The translations under genes and the position numbers were made by a program. From an uncultured Lachnospiraceae bacterium (GTDB lineage Bacteria > Bacillota > Clostridia > Lachnospirales > Lachnospiraceae), in NCBI GenBank assembly GCA_946533395.1, contig CAMNBU010000005.1, positions 17,653-81,652 on the forward strand: a stretch of DNA of 64,000 nucleotides, given 5' to 3'. Position 1 is the stretch's first letter. Each line of letters opens with the position of its first letter. Below, piece by piece: positions 26,995 through 34,800 of this stretch. The notes under the pieces were generated by a model that was given only the letters and a program-made list of their open reading frames with translations, searched no databases and was not told the DNA's origin.

Positions 26995-27616
26995 AAATAT
27001 CCTCCTGTGCATCGCCATACCACTTTGCTGCTCACTGTTGTTTGTGAGAGGGGATGTGCGTCGTTTCGTAGGCGCATTTCTGCTGGGCATGGGTGTTTGC
27101 CTCCTGTCCGCCTACATAAGCGGCTTTATAAATATGGCCACGGGGCTCGGTTCCTCCGACACCTCCGTCTTCATCTCCCCCATAGTCGAGGAGCTTATGA
27201 AGCTCATGCCCCTTCTGTTCTTCCTGCTCATGTTTGAGCCCGAGAGCTCGGTACTGGCCAACATCGCAACCGCGATAGGCGCGGGCTTCGCGACCTTCGA
27301 AAACTGCTGCTACATCCTGAGTTCGGGGGCGGATAATCTGTCCTATGTCATGATACGAGGCATGTCCGTCGGCATCATGCACATCGTTAGCATCTTTTCC
27401 CTGGCCATGTGGTTCGACATCGCCAAGCGCCTGAAGGTGCTCTCCTTCCCCATCATCATCGGAGCCATGTCGCTGTCAATGACATTTCACGCCATCTACA
27501 ACCTTCTTGTCTGTGGAGGCGGCACTTCCGCCATCATCGGCTACCTTCTTCCTCTTTTTACCGCGATAGTTCTTGCGATCCTCTACAAGAGGCTTCAGGA
27601 AAAGCTGGTCAGATAG
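26981..27616 (+). CDS. prsW: PrsW-family intramembrane metalloprotease
   Basis: IVEELMK (EExxK), GFATFEN and HAIYN motifs. AGGAGG lies before the ATG at 26981. It overlaps the upstream gene by 14 nt. Confidence 0.7.
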   Translation: MIYAENILLCIAIPLCCSLLFVRGDVRRFVGAFLLGMGVCLLSAYISGFINMATGLGSSDTSVFISPIVEELMKLMPLLFFLLMFEPESSVLANIATAIGAGFATFENCCYILSSGADNLSYVMIRGMSVGIMHIVSIFSLAMWFDIAKRLKVLSFPIIIGAMSLSMTFHAIYNLLVCGGGTSAIIGYLLPLFTAIVLAILYKRLQEKLVR

Positions 27617-27624
27617 ATACCCAC

Positions 27625-27656
27625 ACCGCCCCGCAGGGGGCGGTCTTATTATTTTT
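27625..27656 (+). terminator. Intrinsic terminator ending the ECF/PrsW operon
   Basis: ACCGCCCC-GCAG-GGGGCGGT followed by CTTATTATTTTT. Confidence 0.75.
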
Positions 27657-27741
27657 GAAAAAAATTTATAAACCGGTGGGTAAAAACGCAAAAAGCTGCA
27701 ACTAATATACAGAAACGTATTTGCGATCGGAGGTGATCATA

Positions 27742-28080
27742 TTGAGATACACATCGGATGAGGCGCTTTCGGAGATCCTTAAGCGCTCGGAAAAGATAAG
27801 AGAAAAAAGAAGGAGACGAAACGAGAGGCTTCTCGCAGGAGCCTCGGGCATGCTGCTGATAGTACTGCTCGTATCCATAACCCTTCTGGGAGGTTACACG
27901 GTAAATCCCGCGACCGACAGCGTCATGGGATCGTTCCTGCTCTCGGCGGAGGCCGGCGGATACATACTCGTGGCGGTGCTCGCATTTGCGCTGGGCATAG
28001 CGGTCACATTCCTCTGCTTAAAGATCAGAGAGAGAAACAAAGACAATCCTCATACAAAGGAAAAGGAGGACGGCAAATGA
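27742..28080 (+). CDS. Small membrane protein (about 112 aa), function unknown
   Basis: GGAGGTG lies 6 nt before the TTG at 27742. It has a basic RRRRNER segment and then two hydrophobic helices. The stop overlaps the next start (ATGA). Confidence 0.5.
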   Translation: MRYTSDEALSEILKRSEKIREKRRRRNERLLAGASGMLLIVLLVSITLLGGYTVNPATDSVMGSFLLSAEAGGYILVAVLAFALGIAVTFLCLKIRERNKDNPHTKEKEDGK

Positions 28081-28778
28081 GGAGGATGAGCCTGCGCGGG
28101 CTGATACTCGCCGTATCGGCCGCAGCGTTTTTATCCTCCTGTTCCCCCGCAGACACGTCGTCCCCGGCAGTTAAGCCCCCGGCAGATACGGCGCCCAGCA
28201 GCTTCATCGACAAACCCCTGCTTTTGGAGGCGGCCGCAGCCTCGGTGGTAAAGCTCGAAGCTTATGATGACAACGACATCCGCATCGCTACGGGAAGCGG
28301 ATTTGCGGCATTGTCCGAAGGGGTGATCATCACCGCCTGCCATGTGGTCACGAACGCGGAGCGTATAGTAGCCACACGCGACGACGGGGAGACATTTACA
28401 CTGGGAAGGATAATCGAGGCCGACACAGAGCTGGATCTGGCCATATGTGCCCTCCCCGAGGGGGTCGGTCTCCCTCTACTGGCTGCGGCAGAAAACGAAC
28501 TGCACCGTGGTGAGCGGGTCGCGGTGATAGGAAGCCAGTTCGGGGTCTTAAATCTCATCACGCAGGGAAACTACTGCGGAACATGGAACAGTGAAGGAAA
28601 TGACTGGCTGCTGTTTACGGCTCCCGTATCGGGAGGAAGCAGCGGCGCACCGGTTTTAAACAGTCTTGGCGAGGTCATCGGAGTGGTCTCCGGTACCTAT
28701 GACAGCGGACAGAACATGAATATAGCGACTCCGATAGCGGCAGCCGCAAAACTGAATGGAGGGCAGAAGTTTGAATGA
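28077..28778 (+). CDS. Trypsin-like (S1/DegP-like, no PDZ domain) serine protease lipoprotein
   Basis: Lipobox FLSSCS. Catalytic contexts are TACHVV (His), DLAIC (Asp) and GGSSGAPV (Ser). Confidence 0.75.
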   Translation: MRRMSLRGLILAVSAAAFLSSCSPADTSSPAVKPPADTAPSSFIDKPLLLEAAAASVVKLEAYDDNDIRIATGSGFAALSEGVIITACHVVTNAERIVATRDDGETFTLGRIIEADTELDLAICALPEGVGLPLLAAAENELHRGERVAVIGSQFGVLNLITQGNYCGTWNSEGNDWLLFTAPVSGGSSGAPVLNSLGEVIGVVSGTYDSGQNMNIATPIAAAAKLNGGQKFE

Positions 28779-28853
28779 AATCATTCAAACTTTCATCGGT
28801 GCCGCGGCAGGCACGACACCGATGGGCACCATGCCTGCGGCAAGGTACAATAG
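28768..28853 (+). promoter_or_regulatory. Conserved leader module, copy B (intact H0 hairpin, P1 and S2), ending at the giant gene's ATG
   Basis: H0 is AGTTTGAATGA-AA-TCATTCAAACT and contains the protease stop codon. P1 is CATCGGTGCC/GACACCGATG and S2 is GCAGGCA/TGCCTGC. Confidence 0.6.
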
Positions 28854-31800
28854 ATGAAAGCTAACCGAAAACCAAGAGTACCCATTATCATCGCGGCAGT
28901 CGCTATCGCCGCGGCTGCAATCATCGGCCTGATAGTATTTCTTGCGTCCGGGGGCAAAAAGGACGATAAGAATATAGCTCAGGAGACGACACAGGGTTCA
29001 GAGACCGATCCGAGTAAAGAAAATGATCCGGGAGGCAACAAACCGGGCGAAGGCGACGAAGACGGCGCGTTTACAGTCAGCTTCGCCGTAAGGGAGACAG
29101 CAAGCGCTTACGAGCGAGAAAATGCCGTGCTTCCCGCCTCTGTAGCCGTAGCGCCCGGAACACAGGTGGGCCAGCTCGACATCCCCGAGTGCCCCAATAT
29201 GATGTTCCTCGCGTACAGCTATGACGCGGCAGGTATCAAGAAAGCTCAGGACACCGACCGCATCGACGGCAATATAACGCTCTATCCCTGCTTCGCGACC
29301 ATGGACGGCATGGGAAATACAGCAGGCTTTGATTATGTATCGAAGACGGATGTCGACTGCGACTACGCGATCGACATCATCACTTACGGGCTCACAGAGG
29401 ACGAGATCAGAAGTATCTTCTCGGTAGAGCGCGCCAGCATGGGCGGCGACCCCATGGGATACGACCTCATTTCCATTCGCGAAAAGGATACCGTGGAATG
29501 GCTCACCTCCTCCGGTATCAGGGAGGAGACCGCCAAGGCCGTATGGACATGCATCAAGCAGAAAGAGACCGAGGGCGCACAGCTCACGCAGCTTCTCAAT
29601 GCGCTCACATCGTCCGAAGAGCACTTCGACGAGCTCAGCCAGACTCAGATCACCGATATCGTTACCCGTTTCGCGCCCGAGGAGATCACCGGCAGCGACT
29701 ACGAGAAGGCGCCCATGATCGATGACGATATGCAGGCAGTCCTCGAGGCTCTCGACATTGACATAGCTACCGTAACTCCGGAAGCCCTCATGGAGCGCTA
29801 CGGCCTCTCTGAGGACGACAGCCTACAGCGCTTCTGGCGCGAGGACGTAGGGCTTACCGTCGAGCAGGTCCTCTTCCTTGAGGATATCGTATACGCGAGG
29901 AAGGAGATCCGCGGCGACAAGTGGCAGATCGTGCCCCGCGGCGGCGCATGGGAGGGCGGCGAAATATATTCGATCATCGCTTCCGACACTTCCCGCGCGA
30001 GATTCATCTTTAACGACGAGCCCACAGGCAGGGAGGTCGTAAAATACAACATTACCACAAGGCTCGAGGAAGTCGAGAACATAAGCATCGACCCCCGCGT
30101 GATACATCTTAATGCCGATGAGGTGGAGGGTGTCGAGTATCTCGGCCTTCTATCCCTTGAGATGGATGAAAACGGCAATATCACCGCAGACGAAAACACA
30201 GGCTCCGGTGTCATGACCTACAACGGCAGCGAGAAGATAAACGCAGGCGACACTGTGGCTGTAAACCGCGGCGCCTACGACGAGAACGGTCTCACAAGCG
30301 GTGAGGTCGCATACCTTCTCATAAAGGAGGTACAGGGCGGCGGCAAATACGCCTATGAGTACGCAAAGATAGAAAATGTCCTCTTTATAGCCGACAATAT
30401 CCCCGTAAAGGATGACGGAAGCATCGGGGACGGAACCATCACCATAGCGGCAGCCGATCTTGATTTTTCGAAGGCGGACTTCTCCTCTTTCGGACTGGAC
30501 GAAAAAACAAAACTGGATGCAGGCGACTATCTGACCTTCTACACCGGCTCCTTGGGAGGAGCGGATTACAAGGTTACCGGACACGCTGTCGTGGACTCCG
30601 TATCCGCCTCGGGCGAGTCATATACCGTCACCTACTCTTCTATCACCGAAGAGCAGCTCACGGCTCCCGAGCTTCTGCTGTACACAGAGCTTCCTCAGAT
30701 GGAATTCGAGCTCACGCAGCAGAACGAGGATGCCCTTCGCGAGCAGATCGAGAAGAATATCATGCAGAGCGGTATCGTGGAGGAGACAGAGGACTTCTTC
30801 ACCGCGCTCCTCACTGACGGCTCACTCGATTTTGACAGCTATGAGCACGGCGACGAGCTCAGAAGAATGGTGATCAACACCGACGGCGAGGATCTTACTC
30901 TTGCGGATCTGCGTCTGCTTGCGGACGGCGGCAAGGTCGAGGTCAGCGACGTTCACGTGACCTTCCTCGCGGGCATCAATCTGCAGCATTTCTCGGGCAA
31001 GGGCTTAAGAGGCGAGGCTGCGGTAACATTTACAATAAGCATCGCCATAGGCGACGCAGGATCGCTTGAGATCCAGCCGGCCATCGTATTCGAGCAGGAG
31101 TTCCTGCTCACACCTTCCGTAAAGGTGGTCCGCAACAAGAACAAGTTGGGCTTCACATCTTCACTCGATATCACCGCGTCGTTCTCCGCAGGTACCTATT
31201 CGGGTCTCGGCGTCACAGTGACTGCGCAGACCAAGGCGCCCAAGAACGGCAACGCCGACAAGGACTGGTCGGAAATGGTCGGCGGCTTCATCGATAACGG
31301 TAACGCTGACTCTCTCGAGGCGCGCCAGAAGGCAGCCCAGCTCCTTATAAAGGGCGGAGATTTCCTGCAGAAGCAGAGCGACAAGCAGAAGAAAAAGAAT
31401 CAGGGACAGGGCTTCGACTCCACCCTGACCAACGATGATCCCAACAAGACCGGTAAGGATTCGAAGCAGGATTATGTTTCACCGGGTCTCGGCGGCGACC
31501 TGCCCGACAAGTATTCGCGCATGCTCTCGAATGACGCGAAGTACATAAAGCTGGTCGATGTCGATCTGGGCAGCTTCGATATGCCCATAGACCCCGCCGG
31601 CATCATCCATGTGGGTCTCAAGATCAATTTCAACATCAGCATGAAGATCAATGCCATGATCGGCGCAGGCGTGACCTATGAGAACGCAAAATGCTACTCA
31701 TATCACTTCCGCGCGAAGATCTGGGGCGGCGGTGATGAATATTCGGAGTCTAATCTCTCCTCCTCCACAAACCGCGCCACAGTCACGGACATAAAGGAAT

Positions 31801-34800
31801 CCACCTTCCGCGCGGACTTCTACGCATTCGGTATGGTCGGTGTCCGCATGGGCGTTAGCATCGACCTGCGCGTCGGCGTATTCTCCACAGACCTCGACTC
31901 CGTGGGCGTGGTAGCAAGCGCCGGAGCATACGCGGAGCTCTACGGCTTCCTGTATGTCTACTACGAAAAGAAGGCCTCGCAGCCTGCCAAGAGCGGCGCG
32001 AGCGGTTCCCTGCTTTTTGAGGTGGGTATCTACACCGATATAAGCGTAAAGGTACAGATCGGCGCCGGCAAGGCGTCAAAGAGCTGGAGCCTGTACAGCT
32101 CGAAGCTGCCCTTCGTGCAGCTGGGCTGCGTGGAATTTCCTCTCGACTTCATAATAAAGCCTACAGATTCGAAACTGCAGGTCAAGATACCCGACGGTCA
32201 GAACACCGTAAAGCTGGATTCGTCCATATTTGAGATGAAGCTGATGGCTCTTAATTCCGGCAAGGTCGTCAATAAGAATATGGATTCAAACGCCGTTTCC
32301 GAGGACGATGCGACACCGTTTACTGCAACCATAATCACCACGGGCAATAAAGAGGATACAAACGGCCTTACATTGTCCACATCAAGAAGCTGGAAGCAGT
32401 TCAATGAAAAGCATTTCATCGTAGAGTGCTTCGATCTCACGAGCGAGAACGGTGAAAGGATCGAGGGCGCGTCTTCGTTCCAGTACCTGCCGGGTTCGAA
32501 CGAGATCTTCATCTGCCCTCTCGACAACAACAAGAACGATATATGGGGAGAGGTGGTCTTCACCTACAGAAACAACGCGTTCGGCTTCAACACCGAAAAG
32601 CTCCAGAGAACAGTAAAGGTACACTGGACAGGCGTATCCTGCACGGCAATGGTAGAGTACTACCTCGTGGATGACTCGGGGCAGCAGCTCGCGGGCACCG
32701 GCGCAGTCAGCGGATTTGACGCCATAAGATGCTACGTCGATATCGATGAGGGTCTTTGCAACAAGTTCCCCGGCTACGGTCTTTTGCATCTGGGCTACCC
32801 GGACGAGGACGATCTCCGCGATCAGTACTACACGGCAAGCAATGCCTACTCAGCGGCAAGGCGGCACGCAAACGCGCTCTCAAGCATAGCGGCCACTGCC
32901 CGCGTGGGAGACTACGTGGATGTCGAGAAGGAACTGGCTGCCGAGGAGGCTCAAAGAGAGGCCAACCGCCTGTTTGAGGTGGTCGCGGCGGTAGGCAAAT
33001 ACTACGAGCTGTACTACGAGAACAATGAAAAAGCCGTGGCAGAAGGAAAGGGCACGACCTACTTCACGATGCGCGGAAATAACACGATCGTCCGTATCTA
33101 CTACAAAAAACTGAACCGTCCCACCACGTGGACGATATACGACGACGAGGGCGAGTGGAAGTGCTCAACGGAAAGCTTCCCCATCGGTGACGGCAAATAT
33201 ACAAACAAATACTCGGATCAGGAGCTGCTGCAGAACCGCCCGATACTCGAATTCATGCCCTCGGTGCTTGAGGATTATCTGGGAGATCATTACAGCATCA
33301 AATGGTACACCGTCGATTGCGCCGACTACGGCTGGTGGTCGTATGCGCTTCTGTGGGAGGCCTCCGCAAATGCTCAGCAGATGTTAAGGGACGGCACATT
33401 CTACACGGACAGCCGTGTAAAGCCTGTAGATAAGGATACTTTGTACGACGGCACCAACGTGGCCGTCATCGGAGTGGCAACACCTGATAGATTCACGGTG
33501 CGCTGGCTGATCGAAGATGAGGCATTTGCAGTCACACAGGTCAAGTACGGCGGACGCATCAGCGTGCCCGACGGCGAGCCCAAGAAGGACGGATATACCT
33601 TCGTATCATGGATCAGCGAGGACGGCGAGGATGTGGACGGAACGCTTCGCATGCCCGGACACGATATAGAGGTCTACCCTGTATTTGCCGGCGATCCTCA
33701 CAAGGTAACATGGATATACGGTAAAAAGAGAGTGGAGACCGAGGTAACTACCGGTTCATCGATCTATGACTGCGTTCCCGAGGAGCTGCTTTCGGAGGGC
33801 TTCGTGATCTGGAGAACGCAGGAGGCAGAAGGTCAGGGCGAGATCGACCCCGATTATGATATGCCAAACTCCGACCTCACACTGTACGGGAGACCCGGCC
33901 TTGGCTTTAGCTCCATCACCTGGATGGAGGACGATGACATCATCCGCAGAGACTTTGTAGAGATCGGTACAAAGCCGGTTGCTCCCGGGCTTACGGCGAG
34001 GGAAGGCCTCGATCTCGTATGGATGATAAACGACGAGGTAATGCAATCCAACTATCTCGCATCGCGCGAGGACATATTCGCGTTCGCGTTCTGGCACAAG
34101 CACGAGTGGAGCGAGGAGACATCGTCCGTTGCAGCCACCTGTTCGGCACCGGGTCTGCACGGAACGAAGTGCTCCGTCTGCGGACTTCTCACCGAGGTCG
34201 AGGAGATACCCATTGACCCGAACGCGCACAAGTGGGTCGAGTATACCGCAAAGGAAGCCACCTGCTGCGAGAAGGGCGTGATCGGAAGACACTGCGCATG
34301 GTGCGATGCAATCGATGAAAGCTACGCTGAGGCCGTTGACATCGATCCCACAAACCACACCGGAAGGCAGGAGGTCCGCGACGCGGAGGAGCCCACCTGC
34401 AAGGCCGGCTACACAGGCGACACATACTGCGCGGACTGCGGCGAGCTGCTCTTTACCGGAGAAGCGATACCGGCGACAGGCGCTCACACCAAGACACATA
34501 TCATAAACTATAAGGAGCCCACCTGTACGGTGATAGGATACTCGGGCGACGAGGTCTGCGACAACTGCGGCATCTGCGTAAGGAAGGGCTACGGCCTGCC
34601 TACAAAGAGCCATGTGGGTGTAGTTGACGGCTCCGAGGACGCCACCTGCGTCTCTCCCGGCAAGGTCATCTGGAAATGTGAGAACTGTGACTACACATGG
34701 ACAGTTGAGTACAGCCCGATAGACCCCGAAGCACACGACTGGGACGACGGCGTGATCACAAAGGAGGCCAACTGCGGGCAGGACGGTATCATGGAATACA

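Noticed and set aside
27657-27741. ECF-type promoter upstream of the small-TM/protease/giant-gene unit (for example TGCAAC ... CGTA)
   Set aside because: The spacing (13 nt) does not fit known ECF -35/-10 geometry, and I could not find a better candidate by eye. This needs a motif derived from the sigma's own ECF group.
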